The notes beneath the pieces were generated by a model that was not told the origin of the DNA, did not search any database, and was given only the letters and a program-made list of their open reading frames with translations. Source: Octopus vulgaris (lineage: Eukaryota). Taken from it: a DNA stretch of 64,000 bases. A program made the translations under genes and the position numbers. The DNA lies in contig OX597828.1 in NCBI GenBank assembly GCA_951406725.2, positions 50,778,001-50,842,000 of the forward strand, given 5' to 3'. This document shows, in pieces, positions 26,613 to 40,688 of this stretch. Positions within the stretch are counted from its first letter, which is position 1. Each line of letters starts with the position of its first letter.

Positions 26613-26651
26613 ATATATATATATATATACAAATTTCTGTGAATGTGTATA

Positions 26652-27033
26652 GAATATTATATCAGTTGATTAAAATTAAAACATGGTCTGGTTTTTATTA
26701 TGGTATTTTAACACCAAAAAGATTTTTGTAATGTTTATAAAGTTCAATTAGTGCTTTCACACGTTCGTAGTAAACATTAGATTTCAAAATGTATTTAACT
26801 GACAGTTGAGGTTTTGACAACTGTAGTACGTCTTAGAACGCTCCAACAGGATGAGAATTTGGGATACGGTTTTGACTAATCCGCATGCACCTTAAACGAT
26901 TATTACTAGGAACTTATGAAAACGCTAATTGGACTTTATGAACATTGCAAAATATTTTTTAATGCTAACATACCATAATAAAAAAACGTGAAAGCCAGAT
27001 CATATTTTAACTTTAATCAACTGATATATATTC
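26652..27033. repeat. Diverged inverted repeat (~115 bp arms)
   Basis: ATATCAGTTGATTAAA...TTTTATTATGGTAT...AAAGTTCAATTAG mirrored by CTAATTGGACTTT...ATACCATAATAAAA...TTTAATCAACTGATAT. Confidence 0.7.
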
Positions 27034-27570
27034 CTCCCATAATGTCCTTATTTGGGCGGTTTCTGCCTCACTGACTTCTTTTGCGACTTCTTTTAGCCAA
27101 TATAGCCAATCTCTTCTTCCAACATAGTAGTTTTGTGAAACGAATAGAAGTGTGATCAACATCTTCGCCTCATATATCAGGAAATTACATCTACATTATT
27201 ATGGATACATTCATCTTCTCTGAGAATAAAATCTCTCCTCATATCTCCGGAAATTACACCTGCATTATTGTGGATGGATTTACCTTTTCTGTGAAGCTAA
27301 CAAACTTTTTTTAAAAACCTTTTATAAAACTGTGCATCATTAGAGAACATTTGAAGTCTGCTTACCATCTAACTTTGCTTTTCATAGAACTTTCTTCGAT
27401 ACTTCATGAGTGTAGCCTCAGCCCCTAGGATGTTTGGAAATCTCATATGTGTTTTGGCTGATGAGTACGGGACACTTGTATTTGATGCAATATTTGCAGT
27501 TTTTAATAAATCTGTTCTTCGTATGAAACAATTGTACTGAACAACTAATCCATTCTTGTTGTTCTTTTCT

Positions 27571-27628
<58 letters not shown>

Positions 27629-28210
27629 TATATATCTGTATATATGTATGTATATATATATATATATGTATATGTAAAGAGGTATATAAGTGGAGAAATA
27701 GATAAGGACGGAAAGAAGAGGAAAGCAGGTATTTAGTGACTGGTCATAATATGCATATTTGCATGTGGGGACAGGCGTGTAGAAATACGTATAAATACAT
27801 ACATATATAGACACACGAACGGACGCAAATAGACACGCCTGCAGATATAAACGTATTATTTTCTTGGTTATGTGCAATTTGCATAATGTTTGATCTGGAT
27901 TTCAGCGCAGCTGTACGTATATTCTTCAGAGGATAAAATGTAATAGAGAGAGATGTTAAGTTGGAAAGGGCTGTTTAGGATAAGATCATATTCTGCCTTT
28001 GTTGCCAATCTCTCATGAGGAAAGAGGGATGAGAATCTATTTGGTTAATATAGGAGGATATTTCCTTTCTACAGGTGCAACCACAAAGACTCGCAAACAT
28101 TCATGCCCACGCACATACACACACAGAGACAAATACACACATATTCACATTGTAAGTAGGGATATATCCAAATCTCTCTCTTTCTATATATGTATGTATT
28201 TATCCATCTG

Positions 28211-28310
<100 letters not shown>

Positions 28311-28338
28311 GAAATATATAATTTCCCATCGACATACA

Positions 28339-28397
<59 letters not shown>

Positions 28398-28623
28398 GCA
28401 TGCAGATATATACGGATACATATATACACACACAAACACACACACACACGCATATATATATATACAAATATATATATGCACACACATACGTATTCAAATA
28501 CAAATACCTACATGCATCTTTGTACATTCACACACACACCTACACATATACATGCATATATATAATTTTATGTATATGTATATATTGATATATATTGATA
28601 TATATATTGATATATTGATATAT

Positions 28624-30119
28624 ATTGTCCCAGTTTTCAAAAAGGGAAACAAGTCCCTTGCAGTGAATTACCGTCCGATCTCACTCACCTCTCATATCAT
28701 CAAGGTATTTGAGAGGGTGGTGAGATCTCAAATAACCCAATTTCTGGAAAGCAACAGACGGCTGATCTCCAACCAACATGGGTTCCGTAATGGAAGGGAC
28801 TGCCTAACGCAGCTCCTGCATCACTTTGAGGACATTTTGAGAGCTTTGGGAGAGGGCTCCAACACCGATGTCATCTACCTTGATTTCAGTAAGGCCTTCG
28901 ACAGGGTCGATCACAAGATCCTATTGAAAAAACTATCCAACATTGGTGTCTCTGGAAAGTTACTGAAATGGATTAAGTGTTTCCTGACAGACAGATCTCA
29001 ACATGTTGTAGTTGAAGGGGTAAAATCAAGCCCAGCCAAAGTCAGTAGTGGCGTTCCGCAAGGCACTGTGCTGGGCCCACTTCTTTTCATCATTTACATT
29101 AATGACATTAATGACATCATCAAGCACAGCAACATAAAAATCTTTGCAGATGACTCCAAGCTACAGAAGGTCATAAATGAGGCGAGTGACCGGACATGCC
29201 TTCAGTCAGATCTACTGGCTGTTATCCAATGGGCAGAAAAAAACAATATGCTGCTGAACGAGGATAAATTTGAGCTAATCCACTTTGGAAAAGAGGATGC
29301 CCTGAAACTCCCATACTCCCTTCCTTCAGGTGAAACTCTCACGGCGTCCAACAACATCAGAGACTTGGGAGTAATTGTGGACAACAACGTAAGCTGGGCC
29401 ACTCATATAAACACCAAAGTTGACATGGCCCGCAGAATGTGTTCCTGGATTCTCAGAACTTTCCAGTCGAGAGATATCCACACCATTATCCTTCTCTTCT
29501 CCACTTTTGCCCGACCCCACCTTGAATACTGTTGTCCACTGTGGTCTCCCCACACAATACAAGGTATCATAAAAGTCGAAGCACCTCAAAGGGCAATCAC
29601 AAAAAAGATAGATGGCATGACAGGCCTCGACTATTGGGGTCGACTAGAAAAGCTAAAACTCTATTCTCTCCAACGTCGTCGTGAGCGCTACATCATCTGC
29701 ATGATGTGGAAAATATTCCATCAGCATTGCCCAAATGATGTTGGCATCACCTTTAAGGTACATCCAAGGCTTGGGCCCCGTGCCATCCGCCCAAAACAAA
29801 AATCGCACTCTCATCTCATAACAACAATACGGCACAATTATTTCACCTCAATTGGCCCCGCTCTCTTTAACATTACACCAAAACACATTAAAACAGAAAC
29901 TGACCCTATAGGGTTCAAGAAGTCTTTGGACAGATTCCTTCAAGAAATCCCGGATAAACCCCCTACACCCGGATATGTCTCTGTAAACAATAACTCTCTA
30001 CTTGAGTGGGCCATAGTGCCCAAATTCTGACTTGAAAGACTTCACCAGGTGGTGCTATTAAGTTAGACATGGCCTGGGCCAATAATGGCCGAAACCTATC
30101 AAAGTATCAAAGTATCAAA

Positions 30120-30120
<1 letters not shown>
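28624..30120 (+). mobile_element. Young 5'-truncated CR1-group LINE with uninterrupted RT frame (28624-30030), 3' UTR hairpin and (AAAGTATC)n tail
   Basis: IVPVFKKG..NYRPISLTS, YLDFSKAFDRVDH, SGVPQGTVLGPLLF, IFADD, RDLGV, LQRRRER; 3' GGCCAATAATGGCC stem-loop and tandem 8-mer tail into (TA)n. The first ~94 aa of the listed ORF are microsatellite. Confidence 0.93.
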
Positions 30121-30180
<60 letters not shown>

Positions 30181-30675
30181 TATGCATATATATGGATATA
30201 TATATATGGATATATATATATATATATAACATGTATGAGTATATCTCTTTACGCATGCAACCACACGTATCTCAAGTTGGGTATATGCATAAAAAGGTTA
30301 GCTGTATGTACACATAACAATGTACACTCGCGTGCGTCCTCATAATCAGAAGTGAAATCAAAAGCAGTCGTAACAAGTTTAAGTCCAGCAAGACATTACT
30401 ACACATATTTCTGCATTAATGCATACCAACAACTGTACATACATATACATGAAATTATATTGACATATTTTCGTAAGTCTACTACACAGGATATGTAGAG
30501 TGACATGTCTACGCATGTCACAACAGAATAGAAATATGGCTTTGGATATTAATGTTGGCAGAAAATAGCTGTTAGATTTTTAAGTAAACATTTCTATTTT
30601 ATCTTGCATGAATTACTTCCTTCTCTGATCTCAGCAGATTATTTTGTGCGAGTGCGCATACGAATATATGTGTGC

Positions 30676-30704
<29 letters not shown>

Positions 30705-30710
<6 letters not shown>

Positions 30711-30973
30711 AATAATGAGGGAGATAAATTAATATTAATTTTAATATCAATTTAAAACCAGTAGTCTAGCATGCAAAAAATCTGAGAAATCAGAGAAAAT
30801 TCTAATATATGTGTATATTGGCAGGGCAAGACTGCTAGGTAGTCGGCCGTATGCTAGAAATAGATCATCAACGATCAAACTACAAAGAAAGTTCTCTAGG
30901 GGAAAAATTCGGCGAACACCAGAACCCACTAGCATACGGCCGACTACCTAGCAGTCTTGCCCTGCCAATATAC

Positions 30974-30980
<7 letters not shown>
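30705..30980. mobile_element. Fold-back insertion in (TA)n, related to the hammerhead-bearing element at 43395-43725
   Basis: Arms ~30805-30857 and 30929-30980; 30850-30899 matches the reverse complement of 43668-43722; left tail AATAATGAGGG...AATATCAATTT is shared with 43397. Confidence 0.8.
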
Positions 30981-31033
<53 letters not shown>

Positions 31034-31086
31034 TGTATTGTATATACATATATATACTAGGCTTATATATGATATATATACGTATG

Positions 31087-31142
<56 letters not shown>

Positions 31143-31144
31143 TA

Positions 31145-31663
31145 GTATAAATTGGACATGGGCGATAATTATATTCTTTCTTGTCTTGAGGTTCACAGCC
31201 AAACGGCTGGATGGATTCACGTATAAAATAGCACAGATGAGGAGATCGGTGCATAGATTGGAATGCAGTTTGTATTTTTCTCCTAGCCCCAATACTTACC
31301 TAGAAAATTGATTACGACTTTTTCTAATGTAAATCTTTCCCATAAATCAACTTTCGTAAAAATTTTCTACCATGACCTCATATTTTCTATGTATGTGTGT
31401 GTGTGTACCTTAAAAGAAGTGATTAGACAGAAGTCCAATAGAATAGCTGTCAAAAACAAACTATGTACAAATTCTTTCTTCACAACAGCTGAAGCTGTTT
31501 TCTGACAAGGGTGGTGGGGTCAGGAAATTTTCATACAGCTCCAATCAAAACAGGGGACGCAAAATGACAAGGTTGAAAAAAGCTGTTATAGATTATGCCT
31601 CAGTGAAAACGATCACAGCCATATCATCCAAACAGATCGGGTGAAACCGGGCTTAGCTGCTAG
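31145..31663 (+). mobile_element. Probable non-autonomous Helitron
   Basis: 3' end TCGGGTGAAACCGGG hairpin, spacer, CTAG followed by T; 5' part ACGGCTGGATGGATT...GCACAGA resembles Helitron-derived elements. The 5' end is not defined. Confidence 0.5.
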
Positions 31664-31999
31664 TTTATATATATATATATATATATAGGATCTATTCCAT
31701 CTCAATTACAGATTTTTTAATTAACTTTTTTAACGAAACAGTTTAAAACTTCGAATAATGGTTGAGTTTCTCACGTAGAAAACGGTTTACTCTGAACGTT
31801 CTACACAAATTTTCATGTTTTAGAAGTTATTTCGTTTTAAAGTTGTCGCATTTGGGTGATTTCAACCAATCAACGACGTGTATTCGGTTGAAGAAAGCTA
31901 TTCTGCTGTTTGCGATAGTAATCGAAGTGAAACAACTTCCGGGTTATCTCTACTAAATGTCACCGCACTGTTCCATTCGTATATATATATATATATATG

Positions 32000-32080
<81 letters not shown>

Positions 32081-32382
32081 TGTGCAATACCACGCGCTCA
32101 TATTTGCACACACGCACGTACACGCGCCCGCGCACGTACACACGCACGCATACACACGCTATATGTTATGAATGCATTTCCCTTTGAAAGTATATAATAC
32201 GATGAAAGAATGTGGATATCTGTTAAGAGAAATATATGAATCGCTATCCAAGGATCGCGTTTCTGCTTTATCTTGCGGCTGGCACAGACTCTATTTCAGA
32301 GTCTCTTCTCTGCACTGAAATTATGCACTTAAAGTGAGGTAACGATATTCCTCTGCGAATAATTTATTTCAAACATGTATAC

Positions 32383-32805
32383 AGGCGCAGGAGTGGCTGT
32401 GTGGTAAGTAGCTTGCTAACCAACCACATGGTTCCGGGTTCAGTCCCACTGCGTGGCATCTTGGGCAAGTGTCTTCTGCTATAGCCCCGGGCCGACCAAT
32501 GCCTTGTGAGTGGATTTGGTAGACGGAAACTGAAAGAAGCCCGTTGTATATATGTATATATATATATATATATATATGGGTGTGTGTGTGTGTGTGTGTG
32601 TTTGTGTGTCTGTGTTTGTCCCCCCAACATCGATTGACAACCGATGCTGGTGTGTTTACGTCCCCGTCACTTAGCGGTTCGGCAAAAGAGACCGATAGAA
32701 TAAGTACTGGGCTTACAAAGAATAAGTCCCTGGGTCGATTTGCTCGGCTAAAGGCGGTGCTCGACCATGGCCACAGTCAAATGACTGAAACAAGTAAAAG
32801 AGTAA
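32383..32805 (+). mobile_element. SINE family A, full length
   Basis: Near-identical to 12671-13092. Confidence 0.92.
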
Positions 32806-33263
32806 TAATTTGTGAAATAAACACAGTGCTAAAATTGGGAAAATGGAACAATCGATTATATTCTACTCAGTACTTGACTCTTGCTTTGTTTTAAAGATCC
32901 CCGAAAAGAAAAAAAAAATCTAAGTATTGAGTTCGGCAGGATTTGAGCTCAGAAAGAAAATAGAGTGGGAAAATAATTTAAAGTATCATATCCAAGACTC
33001 TAATCATGACGTTAATATACCACCTACAAATATGCAACAATCAAAGATACTAAAATGGTAAGGAAGTATGATTGCTTCTGTCTACTAAGCATGAACGTCT
33101 GTTGACGGGATTGCATATAAATATATATAACAATAATAGCACTACAATAAACCACAACACATACCCGAGGCACACAGGTCTGCGCTCGGTAGCGCGGTGA
33201 AAACACCTGATAAAAATGGGACTATTGAATAATAATGATGATGATGATAATAATAATAATAAT

Positions 33264-33310
<47 letters not shown>

Positions 33311-33940
33311 GAGCAGAAGTAGTGGGGGAGCATCATAGCCATGTGTTGAGAGGGATTCTTTGGGGTTTGAATAATTCACCTCTGGAAACATGGGTGGTTC
33401 TTTCAACATCCTTAAACAACCCTTATTCAGGGACCTTTTGAGCGGGATGGGCTACTCAACCAGAAGAAAATTCTAACTGGGCCCCACCTGCAAGGTCATG
33501 TGCTGTTTATCTTTTTATGAGACCACCATGTCGGGCACATATGGTTGTAATGCATGTGCCTAGTGTACCTTTATCAGACGGGTAGTCATGATGGGTATAT
33601 TGGGCTTCGTATATTTTACACCAGTGTCACTTTGATGGCATGAACTGCTCTCTCACTCAATAATAATAATAGTTATTGTTATTATTATTGAGTGAGAGAA
33701 GCACATGCCATCAAAGTGAGACTTGGGTACACATATACGAAACTAAAAATACTCATTATGACTACCCTTCTGATAAGCATACACCAGTCACCTATCGTCA
33801 GTCACTGAGGGACCTGCTCAACTGGTCAAATCCGTAAATCTGTGGTTTATCTTTTATACCAAAAGAAAACATGTACTTCATAACACTTAGTTAGGATCAG
33901 AACCATGAGAGCCACTGCCTGGTACTGCATCAGGAAATTG
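33311..33940. mobile_element. Two copies of an (AAT)n-tailed retroelement 3' end, tail to tail
   Basis: 33560-33670 is the diverged reverse complement of 33680-33790; (AAT)n/(ATT)n tracts on both flanks and in the centre. Confidence 0.7.
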
Positions 33941-33945
33941 TTATC

Positions 33946-33996
<51 letters not shown>

Positions 33997-34864
33997 GTTA
34001 TCATTATTATTATTATTGTTGTTGTTGTTGTTGTTGTCGTTTTTGTTGTTATTATTAACATTATTATTACCATTTTTATTATTATCATTATAATTTCTAT
34101 AATAAACACAACGCTAGCACATTGGGAAATAGGTACATTTAACTATATTTACCCCAACATTTAATATTCATAATGGCGGCTATTGACATGAATGTACGCT
34201 GTTAGGCTGTTCTGATAAAAATGATTTAAAACAACAAATTGCATGTAAAAGATGTTTAATGATAACTGTAGATTATTTGTGAAATGTATCGATCATTTGC
34301 TCATATAATCAATATATTACAAATGATGTTATTCCTCGGCGATTTGATACCATATGTAAATAACATGTCAGGACATAATTCACATCAAAACTAGATGGAA
34401 TCCATTCATTTCCTACAAGTTTGACTAACGATATAAACAAAGCCTGTTACTATCCAGGTTAAGTATGATAACAATTAGGTCGATATTTGAATCCGACGTG
34501 TGAAAGAGAAAGAGTACCTGGTATTTTCAACATCACCAGCATTAAACAAACTGGTATACGTCAAAATGGACAATAACCTTAATGATGGGCCAAACGTCTT
34601 AAATATCGCGACTATAACAGTAAAATGATCAATGGAGCCTGAGTTTGTTATATCATGCATGTTTTAACACCGACACACTGATCTTAAAACTAAACAAACT
34701 GTATGTTTGTAACACAGAGATCTAAACATGACGCTAGAAAACAACACACTAAATTCAAAGAGACAAATTATGGAAATCAATAAACTAGAAATAAAAGGGA
34801 TATAAAGAGAGAAAGTATGGAAAATCGAATTAGAAATCTTAACTGAAAATATATACAACGATTT

Positions 34865-35025
34865 CCGATTTAGGCTCACGGTCAAGAATTGTGAATGGGT
34901 GGGGTTTATCGGTTCTTCAACTCTAGCACTTGCCTGATATTTTATCGACCTCGAAGGGGTGAAGGGCATAGATGACCTCGACGAAATTTGAACTCGTAAT
35001 GTCACTGTAACGTTTCTACTTGAGC
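34865..35025 (-). mobile_element. SINE family C (diverged)
   Basis: TTTATCGACCTCGAA...GACCTCGACGAAATTTGAACTC core. Confidence 0.65.
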
Positions 35026-35033
35026 TTTCTTCC

Positions 35034-35114
<81 letters not shown>

Positions 35115-35899
35115 TTACCAGAAACGAATACGGAATAAATGACAAAAGATAAAAAAAGAAAAGACCCACCGGGAAAATAATTCTCTGAGACAAACTTAAC
35201 ACGTGCAAACAAACATGGTACAAGACAAAAAACAAGCCAATCCTTGGATCATGTATAGAATATATTCACAAACATACGATAAACCAAAGCAGCATACAAA
35301 AAAAAAATAATAACCACGGGGATGTGAAAAGGAGTGAAGAACAAGGAATTCAAAGTATTTAGAATCATGAATACGATAATCTAAAGAGGAAGCCATTGCA
35401 GAAAAAAATTCCTATGAGATCAACGAAAATATATCCGAAGGATCAACCTCAACGTTGAAATAACAATGCAAAAGCAAGCATGGTTATGGCAGATATATTG
35501 GGAAAAAAGCAATTCATAAATGCATTTATAAATACGTGCATGCACGCATATATACTCATATACGCACATACATACGCACACACGCCTACACACTCACATA
35601 TCCTTAGGTTAATCGAAATAATACATGCGGTAACCACTGTTGTTACAAGGGAAATAGCTACTTACCAATGATTACCAAGGGGAAATAATATTGAAATATC
35701 GAAACCCAAATAAATATAGAAAATTAACAAACAAAAAACGAAAAACGAAAATAAGAGAAAGAAGTTTCTCAATCCTTAATGAAATAAGAAAGGAAAAAAA
35801 AAACGTGACTGAAAACAAAAAAAATAAACAAAACATGGGAACTTAATGCTAAAAATGATGACAACATGACAAACAAAAGTGGAAAAATATGAAGTATTC

Positions 35900-38150
35900 G
35901 AATGCAAAGAACGCTTTAAACTTAATATACTCAGTTAATCGGATTAAATCCGTCCGTATGAAAGAGAAAATGATTCTCTGATTTAATCCCGAGTGATTTT
36001 ATCCAGAAGTAGGCAAAAAAAAAAAAAATAAAAATAGGACTAATGGTGAAAGAATTATAAATATCCTTGGGAGAATGAACAGTGAAGGAACCAACATAAA
36101 GAACACAAAATCTAAACGGTGGTGGGAAACTATAGCAGTAAAATGAATCTGTAAATAAAATTTACAAATAACGTAGGCTACTAGTCTATCATAAAAATGT
36201 AAACCCCAATATCGGCTTAAAATATTTCGTGGCGTCACATAAGATATTTTTAATAAGAAACAGTGGTAGTCGCAGGCAACCTTGACTGGATCATTGATGG
36301 ACAGACCATTTTATTCAATCAATACTAAAGAAACAGCAAGCACCAGAACATTAAATAATCCGTAATAAAGATATGTTGTGGCATTATTAGTAATAAGGCT
36401 GCAAAAGAGATAAAAGTTCATATAGGGGTACAAATCAATTACTGATTTTTACACCTATATGAGTTATCGACTTTTACATCAAAAGAGCCATAAACGAAGC
36501 GTGTAGCAGGATAAAAATATTTACAGTTATTAACATATATGTCCATTTTAAATCAGGGTTCAAAGGATGTGGTAGATCCCACAACTATCTCCTGTAAAAA
36601 GAAACCTGGAATTTTATGATGCGAACAACAAACAATTAGCAACACTATTACAAAGTAGATATCTTTACTAGAGAAATTGCTATAATTCTTCGATATTAAA
36701 CGAAAACACCAAGAAAATATTGAAGTGAAGGAAATTAAAGGCAATAATCTAATGTTAGGTAAGGTGGATATTAGATAGACAATACACAGATTTTGACGAT
36801 AAAGGAATATTATAGATACATTAGATTAATTTTTAAAACGTATCAAAGTGTAAAATATAAAGTAATAGGCATTGATACTCTAGCTGTTCTGATAAAAAGT
36901 TGTAGTCGTAATATTCTTAGTCACTAGATAAAGTAGCAACAATAAAATTATAGCAAGATTAACGACAGTATTTAGAATGGAAAGACTATATTACCGAAAG
37001 ATACAGAGACATAATTCGTTTACTAATCTATAAAACAATGATGAAATATCTGTTACTAACGGAAAAATTTTGTAGGTATTCATACAACTTGTTACAAAAT
37101 AGCTGTAAAAAAGATATAACACGAGTACAAATGCGAACAGCAGCAAAATACGATAATGTAAAAAAAAGAAGTAGAAAAGTTCTTCTTGTTAACTACTACA
37201 ATGGAGTTAACAAATATAAAACAGAATTTTATATGAAAGGTGTTTTTCTTTTAAAAAAGAGATATAAGAATGGTGAAATGGTAAAGAAATATAAACCAAA
37301 TTGACGTTACATTCTGTGATGCTAAACAAAATGGTAATAGATACACAAAAATTGTAACCTTGCCAGAGGCTTGAGCGAGCATTTATTGGGATAGAAATCG
37401 GAAGCTCTTTCTCCAGAAACTATGAAACGTACGTAATGAAACAGTATCTCAAGAAATTGCAGTGAGTAATAAACCTACGATCACTTTGGTTTCGTTTGCC
37501 CAATTTTGGCCAAAAAATGCAGGATCAGCAGGAATGATGGCGTGAATTTTTGATACTTTAGCCGTTCGAACAGAAATATGAAAGGAGACAATATAACCGT
37601 AAACCATAAAAATGACCCAGAAGAAAAGACGAACCATAATCTGCAGCAGGCTATCTAGCGATATATATTGAGGTTTAACGATATATACTGAGGTCAAAAA
37701 ACCAGAAAACCAGAATAGGAAGATCCTCTTTATCGAGGTATAGGACCCTTTTGTCACAATGAGAAATTAATTAAGAGAATTTATCCAGATATAAAGATCT
37801 ACAAATAGAGATGAGAAAAAATGTGGAAGCTGATAACAGAAACAATCAAATCCTTCAGAAGGGATTAAGGATATATAAATAAATGCATAATCAAAACCTT
37901 GGGAAATTGATAGAAAATTTTTTTTATGAGTCACTTCACATACGCGACATAGAGTACAGTTAATAACAATAGGGAACACAAAACCCAGATAAAGACCTGC
38001 ACGTATTCATCCATGTCTGATATACCTGCCCTTGAGAATGGCGTGGAAGTAGCTCACAATAAAACAAGGACAACTGAAAAGCTTTGTCTTAGAATTAGAA
38101 ACCGTTAAACCAGAAATTGCGCAGGAAATCTTTTAAACAATTTCAAATAT
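35900..38150 (+). mobile_element. Very degenerate A-rich non-LTR (L1/Tx1-like) ORF2 remnant
   Basis: Strongly A-rich plus strand; decayed G.QG...SPQL motif near 36555-36595. No continuous frame. Confidence 0.35.
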
Positions 38151-39611
38151 AAAGAAATCAAAATATCTGCCGATCTTACTATTTCCCGTAAAAGTGTTTC
38201 TTTACATTCTTTTTTAAGAACTCTAACGAGGATTGCTTCGTTGTATTTTTTTTCAACAGATTTATTCTGATTCTTTTTATTTTACATATTACACCTGCCT
38301 TTTCTTTCAATTCGTCTCTATCACTAATATTCTTTAAAAAAATAATAGAGTCTTAGGAATGGTAAAGAAAAGTTTTTTATCTACCATTCCTCTTTTTTTT
38401 CTTAATTCTGAAAAAGACGTGTACAAAAAATTGTTGAATGATATTGGTCTCACACATTGTGTTTTTTGAACACTGTTTTCTGATTTAACGCTTCACAAAT
38501 TTTGTTTTTTATCAAAAGTTCTTAAAAAAGATTAAGAATACATGATTAAACAAAAAATACTGAATTTGGCAGAAAAAAAGAAAAGAAAAAGAAAATACGT
38601 TTCTCTTAGGAAAGTTGCGAAACTGTTTTGAAAATTTGGTGGAATGTTCTTCTTTATATGTTGTTTTTCTTCTTTATATAACATTTTCCGAATGGATGGC
38701 GGAGATGAGATTTTGTTGAGGAATGTAAATATTCTCTTGACATTATGATCATCATCAACATCACCACCTCTATCCTCCTCCTCCTCCGCCTTCCCACTCC
38801 CCTCCTCCTCCTCCTCATAATCATCATCATCATCATTCCAATTCGATGTAGCAGAAGCACAATTAGTAGCCTCATTATTGTGGACAAAATAGAGAAATAA
38901 ATTGAAACGAATCGACTTAATTAATTTATACGAATTTCATGAAAAATTCACTCAATTGTTCATCAAAACTTAAATCACGTGCCCGAGAGATAAAGTTGGT
39001 CGGTTGATGATTAATAGGCGAAGACGTTCGTGTCTATACAGAGGTCGAAAACGATAGGTGATATTTGTTGTTCAGTGCAATAGTTTCTGTGTACTTAATT
39101 CGGCTTCGTACTGATATTTTCTCCACCTTAAACTCATCTAAATTGTTGTATATCAACGAGTGGAAGGATTAGCTTCGATTACCTGCGATTAGCTTCGAAA
39201 TATCATTGTAGTTACTGAAATCGATTTATTGAAGAAATTAGTTACGGATATCAGTGCATTACGAATTAATTCTTTGCATGAGACGTAATCAAATATGTGG
39301 ATAAACTTGGATTTCATGGTTTGAAATGCATGTCTTCACAACTATCTTTCCGGTGTTTACCACTTAATCTCTCCTCTTAACTGATTTCAGATAAGAAGTA
39401 CGCTTTCCAGTTGCTCAAAGACATGGAACTTTACCGTTATTGCCTGGAGCAACATTAGAGTATTACTCACCAGGCACAGTGTTGATTGATTCATATTTAA
39501 CCACGAAAACCCAAACTGCTAAGTTTGTGTAATTTGAAAGCCTGGAAGCCTGGCAAAATTGTTGCAAGAGAAAAGCGAACGTCAGCAATAAACGAAATAG
39601 TATGGCATGTT

Positions 39612-39833
39612 AACTCTTTACTCTCATTTTACTCTTTTACTCGTTTCAGTCATTTGACTGCGGCCATGCTGGAGCACCGCCTTTAGCCGAGCAAATCGAC
39701 GCCCAAGACTTATTCTTTGTAAGCCTAGTACTTATTCTATCGGTTCTTTTGCCGAACCGCTAAGGACGGGGACAGAAACACACCAGTATCGGTTGTCAAG
39801 CGATGTTGGGGGGGGGGGCACAAACACAGACGC

Positions 39834-39878
<45 letters not shown>

Positions 39879-40047
39879 CATATATACGACGGGCTTCTTT
39901 TCAGTTTTCGTCTACCAAATCCAATGACGAGTCTTTGGTCGACCCGAGGCTATAGTAGAAGACACCTGCCCAAGATCCCACGTAGTGGGACTGAACCCGG
40001 AACCATGTGGTTGGTAAGCAAGCTATTTACCATACACCCACTCATGA
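39612..40047 (-). mobile_element. SINE family A
   Basis: Reverse-complement match to family A. Confidence 0.9.
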
Positions 40048-40284
40048 CACTTGTGTGAAAACTTTAAGAACTATAGACATATTGAATCTTCATATCGCCA
40101 AAACTTTAGCGTAGATTAAAATTGTTCTCTCGACTCTACCCTTACTCAGAATCCCGACATATATAATGCATGATGATTTCAGCAAAAATGTTCGACACGT
40201 CTCACAGTGTGCTGTATATGCAAATGGAAAACCTACTTTGAGAGAATCTGGGTGTTAAACGTTGTCCTGTAGACTCACTATGTT

Positions 40285-40688
40285 ACCCTTTATCCCTTAC
40301 TTGTTCCAGTTATTATACTGCGGTCGAGCTTGGCCACCGCCTTTAGTCAAATGTATCGACCCCAGTGCTTATGTTCTAAAGCCTGATACTCATTCTATCG
40401 GTCGCTTTTACCGAATAGCCATGTTGCAGAGACGTATATACAGTAGCACTCGTTGTCAAACGGTGGTAGGAGACAAACACAGACACACACAGGCACACAC
40501 ACACTCACATACACACAAATATATACGACGGGCTTCTTTCAGTTTCTGTCTACTAAATCCAGTCTCAAGTTTTTGGTCGGCCCGAGGCTACAGTAGTAGA
40601 CATTTGACTAAGATGCCATAGAGTGGGGTTGAAACCTGAACCATGTGGTTGGGAAGACAACTTCTTACCACACACTCACATCTTCGCC
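40285..40688 (-). mobile_element. SINE family A (older, diverged)
   Basis: Reverse-complement match with many substitutions. Confidence 0.8.

Noticed and set aside
27168-27295. Diverged ~70 bp tandem duplication
   Set aside because: Ordinary local duplication with no further structure.
27452-27500. CTGATGA followed by a GTACGGG/CTTGTAT hairpin
   Set aside because: No GAAA or stem III follows; at most a heavily decayed hammerhead.
28342-28623. N-terminal 94 aa of the 562 aa ORF
   Set aside because: Translation of (TA)/(CA) microsatellite fortuitously in frame with the LINE RT.
33735-33785. GAAA...CTGATAAG as a permuted hammerhead
   Set aside because: Stems cannot be formed and the core is imperfect.
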